DNA of 24,000 nucleotides from Calothrix sp. HK-06 (GTDB lineage: Bacteria > Cyanobacteriota > Cyanobacteriia > Cyanobacteriales > Nostocaceae): assembly GCA_001904745.1 (NCBI GenBank), contig MRCD01000119.1:1749-25748 (forward strand). Direction: 5' to 3'. The notes under the pieces were generated by a model, which worked only from the letters and a program-made list of their open reading frames with translations, was not told the origin of the DNA and made no database searches. Below, piece by piece: positions 1-8,045 of the stretch; within the stretch, counting starts at the first letter, position 1; every line of letters begins with the position of its first letter. Made by a program: the position numbers and the translations under genes.

Positions 1-233
1 CATCACTAACTGAAATACGAAATAGATTGATTCACGGTGGGAGGTTTGAGAAAGCAGAGTATGAAGCGTTAGTTTGTGCTAAGACTCACCTTAAATGGAC
101 ATTAGAACGTTGTATTCTACGGGTGCTAGATTGGGATATTGAAAAATCCAACGTGCGCCCTTTATTTCTGAAGCACTATGTTAGCTACAATGAGTGGGAG
201 CAAAAGAGGAGCCTTTTAAGCCATATTAGTTGA
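1..233 (+). CDS. 3' end of a larger ORF running off the left edge; HEPN-like C-terminal region
   Basis: The frame of the tracked 27..233 ORF stays open back to nt 3 (SLTEIRNRLIHGGRFE...), so the TTG at 27 is probably not the true start. The translated IRNRLIHG has R-x4-H spacing, as in HEPN RNase motifs. Stop TGA at 231-233. Confidence 0.4.
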   Translation, partial: SLTEIRNRLIHGGRFEKAEYEALVCAKTHLKWTLERCILRVLDWDIEKSNVRPLFLKHYVSYNEWEQKRSLLSHIS

Positions 234-636
234 TTTCATGCTTCAGTTATCAGTAGTTGTTCCAACGCGGCATAATAACCTGGTTGAAATTGGCTGTTAA
301 GATATTTTGGTGGATTGCAAAGACTGTTTACAGCCGCTCATCAAGCCACCTAACGGTGCGCTTGAGTTGTGGGTGGGGATAAGTAGTCGAGAAGTTGCCT
401 GTTAGTATTTGGAATCAAGTGCTACAAGGTTATTGAGGTTGAGCCGAGATAACTATATTTTCGGAAATTGAGGGTTGAAACGCTTACCCTACCTTCTTTT
501 GATAATTTGCTACTTTATTGTACGTAACATGATTTCCAGTAACGAAAAATCAAGCATTTCAAGCCTCTATTTCCGTTCTCGTCCGTATCTCGGATCAACC
601 TCCCGTAGGCGCCGCTACATAATTTATAAGTCTCAG

Positions 637-816
637 TTAGTCGAATTTCAGATTCCTCCTCATGCGTTCCGGCATTTGGGCAATTTGTGCATCAAGGTGG
701 GCGATGAGTTTGTCCATCATCGCGTTTCCTTCTTGTATTTCAGCGCACGTTTTTCTTAATCCTTCCAGGTGTTTTTGTCGAACTTCCAGTGGTGGAATAA
801 CTTTTTTCTTATCCAT
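637..816 (-). CDS. small hypothetical protein (59 aa), second gene of a two-gene cassette
   Basis: ATG at 816 (MDKKKVIPP...) is preceded by GGAG at 6-nt spacing. It overlaps the stop of the upstream ORF in a TAATG junction. The tracked start at 828 is a TTG. Confidence 0.45.
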   Translation of the reverse strand: MDKKKVIPPLEVRQKHLEGLRKTCAEIQEGNAMMDKLIAHLDAQIAQMPERMRRNLKFD

Positions 817-1112
817 TACAATCTCCAATTATTGATTATTTCTTCGATACTGCTAACCCGCGCTGGAACCTTTGCTTCATTGTACATGAGTGTTTCTTCC
901 AGCATATTAGCAGTGGCAATGTCAGCATATGGTTGAATTGTAGTAATTCTTAGTGTAATGGCATTTAGCCTTTTAAACCTATCCGTTGCATCTGTCACTA
1001 CACCTGCAAGTGTATCTGGGTAATACTTCAATGCTTCGTACTGGTCATGCTTATGTTGGTGCCAGTGCCGAAGTTGAAATTGCTTCGATACTGGATAAAG
1101 AATTGAAACCAT
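816..1112 (-). CDS. hypothetical protein (98 aa), first gene of the cassette; start uncertain
   Basis: Translationally coupled to 637..816 through a TAATG overlap. Its first about 80 nt overlap the divergent NERD gene start, so the real start may be internal (a TTG lies at about 1031). No recognisable motif. Confidence 0.35.
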   Translation of the reverse strand: MVSILYPVSKQFQLRHWHQHKHDQYEALKYYPDTLAGVVTDATDRFKRLNAITLRITTIQPYADIATANMLEETLMYNEAKVPARVSSIEEIINNWRL

Positions 1113-1471
1113 CAGGATGGCGCATTGAACATAATTTTAACTTTCCCCGACATGGTGACATTGATGTAGTGCTACTTTCACCTGCATCGCGCGTGTATTG
1201 TATTGACGTGAAATCGCACGAAGGCACGAAACAGTTTATCAATGGTCATTTAGTACGTATGTATAACAAGAATGTTTACTCATTCAAAGAGGGCGATTTA
1301 TTGGAGAAGGTGCGGTTTCAAGCTGATTATGTATCGCAATTAATGAATACTAAGTGTACACCCATACTATGCTTTACCCAGTCGGATGTGGATATTAAGG
1401 GTAATATGGCGAATGGTATCTATGTTTTAAGTAAAAGTAATTTGGTCGATATCCTTAAGAAACTAGGCTAG
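1031..1471 (+). CDS. NERD (nuclease-related domain) protein
   Basis: GASAEVEIASILDKEL...GWRIEHNFNFPRHGDIDVVLLSPASRVYCIDVKSHEG matches the NERD pattern (G..GE...L, then g-IDhvvi...vfviEvK..G). The ATG at 1031 was chosen over the tracked start at 986. Confidence 0.6.
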   Translation: MLRTGHAYVGASAEVEIASILDKELKPSGWRIEHNFNFPRHGDIDVVLLSPASRVYCIDVKSHEGTKQFINGHLVRMYNKNVYSFKEGDLLEKVRFQADYVSQLMNTKCTPILCFTQSDVDIKGNMANGIYVLSKSNLVDILKKLG

Positions 1472-1513
1472 TTAACAGCTTTTTCCACCTAATTCAATAT
1501 CTAACAAAGCAAC

Positions 1514-1543
1514 AGGGGGCTAAAGTGAGTCCCCTTTTTCTTT
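1514..1543 (+). terminator. weak hairpin plus T-run after the NERD gene
   Basis: AGGGG(1514-1518)...CCCCT(1531-1535), 5-bp stem and 12-nt loop, followed by TTTTCTTT. Confidence 0.3.
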
Positions 1544-1730
1544 GCAGCTTTTAATAATTAGTAAGCTTGGTCAATATATACAAAATCTCTATTTGCTTAT
1601 TTTGTACACATATATGCCGAATATCAGAGATGGCTTGTTTTGTGCAACTAACCATCGTAACTATTTTCTAAGGGATTTTAAGCGTATAAAGTGTTGCGCT
1701 TCAAATCTTTACTGTGTATGCTGTCTAAAG

Positions 1731-1862
1731 GATAGCAAAGTAAAAAGCTATCAAAAGGCTATCAAAAAGTTACTTCAAATGAACTTACCTTTAGCTATCG
1801 TTTTACTTGTAGTGAACCTAATGGATACTTTAAATGAAGTTTATTGAAGTTCATTTGAACTT
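1731..1862. promoter_or_regulatory. operator-like repeat cluster upstream of the long operon
   Basis: GATAGC (1731-1736) faces GCTATC at 1747, 1758 and 1794. TTCAAATGAACTT (1774-1786) recurs inverted inside the palindrome AAGTTCA-TT-TGAACTT (1847-1862), 23 nt before the ATG at 1885. Confidence 0.4.
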
Positions 1863-1884
1863 TCGCATGAGTATCGTATGAAAA

Positions 1885-2277
1885 ATGGGATGTAAAGTAA
1901 TCCACACACGTTCGAGCTTATCTCAACGTTATGGAGTGACGACGACAGCGATGAAACTTTGGTATTCACCTGCGGGGGTGATACCACCAAGAAAGAAAGG
2001 AGGGTACTTTAATCACAAAGAGGTAGAGATGTTGGATTATTTTTATTTGGCAACACGTTTTTGTAAGCTGACCTTTAGGGAGTATGAAAGTAAAGTGTTG
2101 CCGATGGGTGGATTAGCAAAATATGTTTTATATGCAATTGAGGTGACGTTAAAAGATTTTTTGCTTAATCCTGAGTATGTAGACCAAGAAGATGTTGTAG
2201 TTAAAGATATTTTGAGGAGATTAGAGAATGATGCTTCATATCAATCAAGTGGTTTCAGAGTTGAGAGTGCAGCGTGA
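1885..2277 (+). CDS. hypothetical protein, possible HTH DNA-binding protein (first gene of operon)
   Basis: 130-aa ORF. The segment SSLSQRYGVTTTAMKLWY looks like a helix-turn-helix. Weak RBS. Confidence 0.45.
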   Translation: MGCKVIHTRSSLSQRYGVTTTAMKLWYSPAGVIPPRKKGGYFNHKEVEMLDYFYLATRFCKLTFREYESKVLPMGGLAKYVLYAIEVTLKDFLLNPEYVDQEDVVVKDILRRLENDASYQSSGFRVESAA

Positions 2278-2851
2278 TGAGATTGTTTCGGCTTGCACTT
2301 TATTAGAATTAAAAGTTGATGGAGACCAATTATCACCTGACACGGTTAGCGTTCTCAACAATGTGAAAGCGGTTGCCGATAAGGGAAATATTAGTTTTTT
2401 GGAAGCAGCACAGCATGTAGCTAATATGAAAAATGGTGAGGGTAGCGCGCAGCAAAGCAATAGGTTTAGCAAGCGTGAGTATATCAAGCAGCGTTTTGGA
2501 GTTGACCCAGAAGCTGCGGCGCCAGGTAGTTTTATATGGATGCTTTATCAAGATGTCAATATTCAATCTGAGCAATTGGGTGAAGTGAGGTATCAGACAG
2601 TAATTGAAGCTTCATCGCATGTACTTCGCGATAGATTGATGAATGGAAATCCTGAAGAAGCGAATAACGAAGGGTTTGAGCAAGCGAATAGTCGTGTGTC
2701 GGAGAATATTACAAGTTTTTTGGGAAACGTCAATTGGGGGGAGTTGCCACAGTTGATGGGGTCATCGACACAACCTACCAAACAGTTGCAAGCGGCGCCT
2801 GCATCGACATCGAAGACTCCTACATCAGCGAAGAAGTCATCAGACAAGTGA
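2228..2851 (+). CDS. hypothetical protein (207 aa), S/T/K-rich C-terminus
   Basis: GGAG lies 8 nt upstream of the ATGATG start. The stop overlaps the next start (TGATG at 2849-2853). Confidence 0.55.
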   Translation: MMLHINQVVSELRVQRDEIVSACTLLELKVDGDQLSPDTVSVLNNVKAVADKGNISFLEAAQHVANMKNGEGSAQQSNRFSKREYIKQRFGVDPEAAAPGSFIWMLYQDVNIQSEQLGEVRYQTVIEASSHVLRDRLMNGNPEEANNEGFEQANSRVSENITSFLGNVNWGELPQLMGSSTQPTKQLQAAPASTSKTPTSAKKSSDK

Positions 2852-3117
2852 TGCCGGAAATTGTTGAGCATCGCAATCAAGCTTTATCACAATTACATCT
2901 AAGTATTGTTTCTGGTTGCCTTGTTCAAACAATATCAACGTTATTAGGAGTGGCGGCTGGTTGGTATACGGTGCAGCCGCCAGTACCTGAGAAGGTTGTA
3001 ATCAAAGATGTTTTCCCGGTAGTGTCGGGTGGATTGTGGGGTGCAGGATTAGGGTTTGCGTTGGCATTAATTGTTGTTAATCGTAAGTTGAGGGAATTAA
3101 AAGATGGCAGGTTTTGA
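2851..3117 (+). CDS. small two-TM membrane protein (88 aa)
   Basis: ATG at 2851 overlaps the upstream TGA. Hydrophobic segments LVQTISTLLGVAAGWY and GGLWGAGLGFALALIVV. The tracked start at 2734 would overlap the previous gene by 118 nt. Confidence 0.55.
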   Translation: MPEIVEHRNQALSQLHLSIVSGCLVQTISTLLGVAAGWYTVQPPVPEKVVIKDVFPVVSGGLWGAGLGFALALIVVNRKLRELKDGRF

Positions 3118-3331
3118 TTTTCTTGTTAATGCAGTGACTGGTTTGGCGGCAAATTCACTGATTAATAGCTTGGTGGGTATTGCGACTGGTGTAGGCGCCG
3201 CTATTGCTTTGCATCCTGTGCTTATTGCAAGTGGAGTGATTGTTGGGGGGACAGCGATAGCTACAATGCGTTCCCTAATAAAAAAATATGAGCGCCCAGT
3301 GTTGGAAGTTATTCAGGGAGGGTTAGAGTAA
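3104..3331 (+). CDS. small hydrophobic membrane protein (75 aa)
   Basis: Gly/Ala/Ile-rich, with two predicted TM helices. The stop overlaps the next start (TAATG at 3329-3333). Confidence 0.6.
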   Translation: MAGFDFLVNAVTGLAANSLINSLVGIATGVGAAIALHPVLIASGVIVGGTAIATMRSLIKKYERPVLEVIQGGLE

Positions 3332-4224
3332 TGGTGCCTAATAAAAAAAAGACCGACTTATTGGGTGTGCTTGATGGCAAGAAGATAAAAAAAATCAATC
3401 CACTTGTACTGACTTCTATTGTTGGTTCACTGTTTACGCTTGTTGCGGTTTTGATGGTATTGAAAGTTTCTGCTGATAAGCGTAACGAATTAGCTAGCGT
3501 GAATAGCCTTTCGTCTCAGTCGGCGCAGGTAGTACAAGCTCGCGAGAATTTCTTGACAACACGCAAAGCCTACGTTGAAAAGTTAAACCGAACTGATTAT
3601 TCGACAAACATAAGGACTAACATTAACTCTGCCAGTGGTGAAGGAGTTCAAACAGGGTGGCGCCAATTAGCAGGTGCAAAATGGTCACAAGATATAAAAT
3701 CGGATTTGAGTAATTTACGGAACGACCCCAAACATCCTTTATATCGGACGGGTGAAACACCAGCACTAGAAGTTTTGAAACTTCAAACACTTGGTACATT
3801 ATCTGAAATTGCAGCAGGTAATACGACCTTCTATGTTGGATACGTCAAAACAGATGGCACAAAAGTCGAGCAAAAACTTTCAACTGGCGCCGCTGCTTAC
3901 TTAACGCTGGGTAAATTGGAAGCAATTGATTTGGCTAATACTTTGGAATCGATACCTGAAGTTAATTTTTCGTTGATGTTGAATGACATTGGAAAAGTCA
4001 ACGAGTCGTATGTATTAGCGCTGCGTGGTTATTTGCAAGCACAAGGGTACAAAGACCCAGTAGACCAATTAGGTGATGCAAGGAAGACGGCTGATGAAAT
4101 TCAGCTTTTACAGGATTTGAAAAATCAAAAGTTGCGTGATATCCAACAGCCATCACAACCACAAGGCATTCAAAAGTTTGCACCTGAACCACGACCTGTA
4201 ATAAGGAGGAATCAAAATGATTGA
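3331..4224 (+). CDS. N-terminally anchored hypothetical protein (297 aa)
   Basis: GGGAGGG RBS upstream. Single TM segment (LVLTSIVGSLFTLVAVLMVL) followed by a soluble domain. Confidence 0.65.
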   Translation: MVPNKKKTDLLGVLDGKKIKKINPLVLTSIVGSLFTLVAVLMVLKVSADKRNELASVNSLSSQSAQVVQARENFLTTRKAYVEKLNRTDYSTNIRTNINSASGEGVQTGWRQLAGAKWSQDIKSDLSNLRNDPKHPLYRTGETPALEVLKLQTLGTLSEIAAGNTTFYVGYVKTDGTKVEQKLSTGAAAYLTLGKLEAIDLANTLESIPEVNFSLMLNDIGKVNESYVLALRGYLQAQGYKDPVDQLGDARKTADEIQLLQDLKNQKLRDIQQPSQPQGIQKFAPEPRPVIRRNQND

Positions 4225-4717
4225 TGTTTTGATGCGTCCATCAATTGTTTTAAAGTTGTTTGGCGCCACTATTTTTGCAGGATTGTCTTTATATAATCTC
4301 GTGTCTTCGAGCGACCAAGTGTTGATTCGGTCAGCTAATTCAAATAGTTCACGCACTGAGGTACGGGTATTTGAATCTCCTAGCCGCAATTTAAATTTGA
4401 TTAGTGGCATAGCATTTGGGGCGGTATCTATTGGATTAATTTATTTTGGTTTGAAGGAATACAACAATGTGGTAGAGGAGTTAGGGGATATTGAATGTGC
4501 TATGCAGCAAGAGGAAGACCACCCCCAATTACAACAGCCAGTGCAGCAACAAATTGTACAACCACAGCCATCTGCACCACATGTTGTACAACCATCGGTT
4601 GAGTTGGGTAACAAACCATATTTAAGGTTAGTACCACCAATTACGGCTGATGGTACATCACTGACTCCGCCTTCGGATTTTATGGAAGATATGGAAGCGA
4701 AAGATTTTTGGGAATAA
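4217..4717 (+). CDS. membrane protein with Q/P-rich linker (166 aa)
   Basis: AAGGAGG RBS. Two TM segments, then QQPVQQQIVQPQPSAPHVVQP. 8-nt overlap with the upstream gene. Confidence 0.6.
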   Translation: MIDVLMRPSIVLKLFGATIFAGLSLYNLVSSSDQVLIRSANSNSSRTEVRVFESPSRNLNLISGIAFGAVSIGLIYFGLKEYNNVVEELGDIECAMQQEEDHPQLQQPVQQQIVQPQPSAPHVVQPSVELGNKPYLRLVPPITADGTSLTPPSDFMEDMEAKDFWE

Positions 4718-4745
4718 CGACACAGTTTAAACAAGGAAAATTGGA

Positions 4746-5288
4746 ATGGCACATCGGAATAACGTGAATAATAACGGTAACGGAAAAAATAACGGGTTTG
4801 TCGATGTCGATTATTCAACATCAGGTGCAATAGTACCAGTTTTGAATACGATGTTATCGAACGCAGTTAATCAAAATGCTGCAACTCAAAGAACTTGTGG
4901 TGGTTTACAAACGTATGATGCAGCGCAACCGTTAACGGTTGAACAAGCTTATAGTCAACCTACTGAAGTTCGCTATGTCAATGCTCGAACGATAACCAAG
5001 CCGGCAGTACCAAGTATAGAAATTCCGTACACAGAGGTATGGAAAGCATCAAGGTTACATCCACAAAACCAGTGGAAATACTTTTGGTATCCGTATTACA
5101 CAGTGATGACTTTTGTTTCGTCACCAGTTGGGATATTGATAACAATAGCGTTGATTTTCCTAGGTGGTGTGAATTTTTTACTTAATGGCAGCTATCAAGG
5201 ACCAGGTTATGCGGCTGGAAAGAAAATCGAGGTAATTCCAAAGGAACTGCCAAAGTTCGCGACACCTGTTATAGATACAGTGGAGTAA
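4746..5288 (+). CDS. hypothetical protein with C-terminal TM helix (180 aa)
   Basis: AAGGA RBS. TM segment SPVGILITIALIFLGGVNFLL. TAATG overlap with the next gene. Confidence 0.6.
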   Translation: MAHRNNVNNNGNGKNNGFVDVDYSTSGAIVPVLNTMLSNAVNQNAATQRTCGGLQTYDAAQPLTVEQAYSQPTEVRYVNARTITKPAVPSIEIPYTEVWKASRLHPQNQWKYFWYPYYTVMTFVSSPVGILITIALIFLGGVNFLLNGSYQGPGYAAGKKIEVIPKELPKFATPVIDTVE

Positions 5289-5599
5289 TGATTATGTGGA
5301 GTAGATTGACTTTCTGGAGTGTTTTTGCGGCATTTATTTTGAATATTTTGCAACCAGGGTACATGCAATTTTATGACGTGCGTAAACCAATGCTTGCTCT
5401 TTTAACTAATTTGAAAGTGCCAGCGACTAAGGAAGCAAACCAATCTCAAGAAAATGCGGCTAAAACACCTGAGTCAAGTTCTACTCCACCACCAACTCCC
5501 TCACCAACTCCTAAATCTACGTGTCAACCACCAAAGAATGATTACGACCGAATACTTTTCGCGCAAGGAATAGGAGAATGTAATGCGTCTGGTGATTGA
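5288..5599 (+). CDS. small membrane protein with P/T/S-rich tail (103 aa)
   Basis: N-terminal TM (FWSVFAAFILNIL), then SSSTPPPTPSPTPKS. Coupled on both sides. Confidence 0.55.
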   Translation: MIMWSRLTFWSVFAAFILNILQPGYMQFYDVRKPMLALLTNLKVPATKEANQSQENAAKTPESSSTPPPTPSPTPKSTCQPPKNDYDRILFAQGIGECNASGD

Positions 5600-6449
5600 T
5601 TTAAGTCGTACTCATAACGATAATGATGAATTGGTTGTTGATAATCAGTTAGTAGATACGGATGATACTGATGTTGAAGATAGTAGCGGTAAATGGTTGT
5701 TGCCACTTTTAACCTGTGGTTTAGCGATTGCGATTGTGGTTAGACCAGTATCCGAGTTAGTTAAAACGGCGCCACCCGTTGTTTGGCTACAAAGTCAAGT
5801 TGGTACATTAACATCCACGTCTAATCAGCAAACTTCAATAGTTGCTAATCGTTTATATGCGGCAATGCAGCGTAAAGGCTATCCAATAGCTAAAGGTAAG
5901 GGTGAAACTAACATTATTTATGTACGTGGTGGGGATATTAACGGTCAGCCTACAGGTAATCGTATAAATGAATGGTCAGACGCGCGCTTTGTGTTGATGT
6001 TCCGTGGTGGGCAACCATATATTGCGGGGAAGTGGAAAGCGACGATTAAGCCAGGGCTTCCTGCAATTAGGAATCCATTAGGTAAGCGTGGTGCGGCGTT
6101 TATTGAGGATGGTTACTACAAAGCATGGCGCCTGGGTATTCATCAAGGGATATTTGGAAGAAGAGAGCGTGGTTTGGTGCAAGTGGCGCCAGTAAACTTT
6201 CGTCGTGATGTTAATCGTGATGGAAATGTATCGGGCGAGCCAGTACAAAATGGAATGATTGGGCTTAACCAGCATTCTGGTAGTAATAATAGAGAGGTTG
6301 ATAAAACTTCATATGCCTGTCTGGTAGCACAGTCAAGTGAAGGTCACTTAGAGGAATTTGTACCATTACTTGAAAACGACCCTCGTTACAAAACGAATTC
6401 GCAGCATATGTTTGGGACTGCGATATTAAGTATTGGCAACTTACGATGA
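5583..6449 (+). CDS. membrane-anchored putative cell-wall-active enzyme (YkuD-like His...Cys signature)
   Basis: Short N-terminus (MRLVIDL...) plus a TM helix, then a domain ending in GLNQHSG-x10-SYACLV. This resembles the H...S-x-G-C catalytic pattern of L,D-transpeptidase-fold proteins. The family assignment is tentative. Confidence 0.6.
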   Translation: MRLVIDLSRTHNDNDELVVDNQLVDTDDTDVEDSSGKWLLPLLTCGLAIAIVVRPVSELVKTAPPVVWLQSQVGTLTSTSNQQTSIVANRLYAAMQRKGYPIAKGKGETNIIYVRGGDINGQPTGNRINEWSDARFVLMFRGGQPYIAGKWKATIKPGLPAIRNPLGKRGAAFIEDGYYKAWRLGIHQGIFGRRERGLVQVAPVNFRRDVNRDGNVSGEPVQNGMIGLNQHSGSNNREVDKTSYACLVAQSSEGHLEEFVPLLENDPRYKTNSQHMFGTAILSIGNLR

Positions 6450-7078
6450 AATTAGTAGTCGATTTTGAAGGTGGTAGTAACCCACGTCCGAAACGGGGTA
6501 AAAAGCAATCGAGTGGTAAATTAGGTGATGCCAATTGGCAGACAGCAGTATTAACGGGATTGATGGTTGCTGGAATAGTAGTTCCTCAATTTTCAGCAAC
6601 ATTGAAAGGGATTTTTGCTTTATCTGATAGCGCAGTAGAAACAACAGAAATCAATACTGGCTCGGAATCTGTTAAGTTTCGACTACCTGTAGCAAAGGGT
6701 GTATCTACTACATCAGAGTATGGGTGGCGTACTCACCCAATTACAGGGCAACGTAAGTTTCATGCAGGTCTTGATTTTGGTGCGGCGTATGGACAACCTA
6801 TTTATGCAGCGGCGCCGGGAGTAGTCACCTTTGCTGGAGAGAAAGGTGGATACGGCAATACTGTAGAGGTTAAGCATAATAATCGCGAATCAACATTATA
6901 TGGACATGCAAGTAAATTGATGGTGAGTGTTGGGCAACGAGTAGCACAAGGGCAGGTAATTGCACTTGTTGGTAGTACAGGATTTTCAACGGGTCCACAT
7001 TTACATTTTGAAGTGCATATCAACGGGCAACATACTAATCCCCGACCATTTTTAGGTAATCAAATAGCAGGTAGGTAA
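6446..7078 (+). CDS. membrane-anchored M23 family metallopeptidase
   Basis: HAGLDFGAAYGQPIYAAAPGVV...GYGNTVEVKH...GSTGFSTGPHLHFEVHING carries the HxxxD and HxH motifs of M23/LytM peptidases. N-terminus MKLVVDF... plus a TM helix. ATGA overlap with the upstream gene. Confidence 0.9.
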   Translation: MKLVVDFEGGSNPRPKRGKKQSSGKLGDANWQTAVLTGLMVAGIVVPQFSATLKGIFALSDSAVETTEINTGSESVKFRLPVAKGVSTTSEYGWRTHPITGQRKFHAGLDFGAAYGQPIYAAAPGVVTFAGEKGGYGNTVEVKHNNRESTLYGHASKLMVSVGQRVAQGQVIALVGSTGFSTGPHLHFEVHINGQHTNPRPFLGNQIAGR

Positions 7079-7079
7079 T

Positions 7080-8045
7080 ATGGTTGAGAAATTAGTACTA
7101 GGAGGAATAGCTGGGAGCGTAATAGGTGTTGGTATTGCGTATGGTTTTGCGTCATTACCATGTGGTTTAGTTTCAAAACCTGCGGATAAAGTATGCTACG
7201 TGCGCGCGTTTAATAAATCATTAGATGCGTGGAAGATTGGGTGTTTGGGTGGGGTAATAATTGGGTTAACACTTAGTAATAGTAATAAGCAGCGTCGATT
7301 TAAGTTTCAGCCCATGCATTTATCAATAGTAGGTATTTTGGTATTAGTAGGGGCTGTTGCAGCTAATAATAAATCGCTTGGATTTGGAATTACTAATACA
7401 CAATCACTGTTTCAACTTAATAACACTAACAATTTATCTCCTAGAATGAGCGCATTTCTTGCCACGATAAGATGGGCAGAAACGGGTACAAGTGATAAGT
7501 CGAGTTATAATAAATTAGTGTTTAATGGCACTTTTAATGATTTTTCGGCTCACCCTAAGATTAAACAATGCGCTCCAATAAATGGAAAACGTGTTTGTTC
7601 AACTGCTGCTGGTGCTTATCAAATGTTAGATATATCTTGGAATGATGTGGCGCCAAAATTAGGGTTGAAAGATTTTACTCCACCTTCGCAGGATAAAATG
7701 GCAATTGAATATATTCGCCGTAATAAAGCTATAGATGATGTGGAGTCAGGAAATATTGAAATGGCATTTTGTAAGGTAGGAAAGGTATGGGCTAGTTTGA
7801 TTTGTAATAATTATAATCAAAATCCATGGACTACAGAGGAGTTAAAAAATTACTATAATAAACAATTAATTGCTGCGGGTGGTGAGCCAGTCAGCGGTAA
7901 GTCCAGTTGGCGGGAATGGTTTTCTTTCCGGAAAGCTCGCCACGGGGAGTACTCCCTGTGGCAGACTTTCCGCCAAACTGGCGAACCCCAAAGGGGTGGA
8001 AGCTTCTTTCCCGTTGGACTGGCGAACCCAAAGGGAGGTAATTAA
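7080..8045 (+). CDS. membrane-anchored lambda-R-type lytic transglycosylase (GH104-like); 3' end may be an artefactual extension
   Basis: FLATIRWAETGT...YNKLVFNGTFNDFSAHP...STAAGAYQMLDISWNDVAPKLGLKDFTPPSQDKMAIEYI...VWASL aligns motif-for-motif with phage lambda R (FLDMLAWSEGT...DYSDHP...STGAGRYQLL...LGLKDFSPKSQD...IWASL). Three N-terminal TM segments. The last 53 or so codons translate the GC-rich element at 7880-8040. Confidence 0.88.
   Translation: MVEKLVLGGIAGSVIGVGIAYGFASLPCGLVSKPADKVCYVRAFNKSLDAWKIGCLGGVIIGLTLSNSNKQRRFKFQPMHLSIVGILVLVGAVAANNKSLGFGITNTQSLFQLNNTNNLSPRMSAFLATIRWAETGTSDKSSYNKLVFNGTFNDFSAHPKIKQCAPINGKRVCSTAAGAYQMLDISWNDVAPKLGLKDFTPPSQDKMAIEYIRRNKAIDDVESGNIEMAFCKVGKVWASLICNNYNQNPWTTEELKNYYNKQLIAAGGEPVSGKSSWREWFSFRKARHGEYSLWQTFRQTGEPQRGGSFFPVGLANPKGGN
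7880..8040 (+). other. GC-rich, highly structured element at the lysozyme/FtsK gene junction
   Basis: Nested hairpin: GGAAAG(7930-7935)/CTTTCC(7966-7971) encloses GCCACGGGGAG-TA-CTCCCTGTGGC (7939-7962). The outer arms are CCAGTTGGCGG(7903-7913)/CCGCCAAACTGG(7970-7981). A competing CTTTCC sits at 7924-7929. Direct repeats ACTGGCGAACCC(C)AAAGGG at 7977-7996 and 8018-8035. Two forward frames stay open across the element. Confidence 0.5.

Noticed and set aside
240-470. Possible ncRNA or repeat in the 230-bp spacer after the HEPN-like ORF (GTTGAAA words, GGTGG...CCACC stem)
   Set aside because: It has only short, weak pairings and no recognisable family signature. The evidence is insufficient to call a feature.
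475-759. 94-aa plus-strand ORF
   Set aside because: It runs antisense to the better-supported 637..816 gene, has no RBS and has an odd composition (S/R/I/Y-rich). It is probably a shadow ORF.
1542-1847. 101-aa plus-strand ORF
   Set aside because: It lies in an AT-rich intergenic region full of operator-like repeats. The translation is Cys/Leu/Tyr-rich and low-complexity, there is no RBS, and it is more plausibly regulatory DNA.
2734-2850. Long N-terminal extension of the 2734..3117 ORF, or a programmed frameshift between 2228..2851 and 2734..3117
   Set aside because: An ATG at 2851 overlaps the upstream TGA (TGATG), which is the same coupling style used throughout the operon. No slippery heptamer was seen, so the simple restart model suffices.
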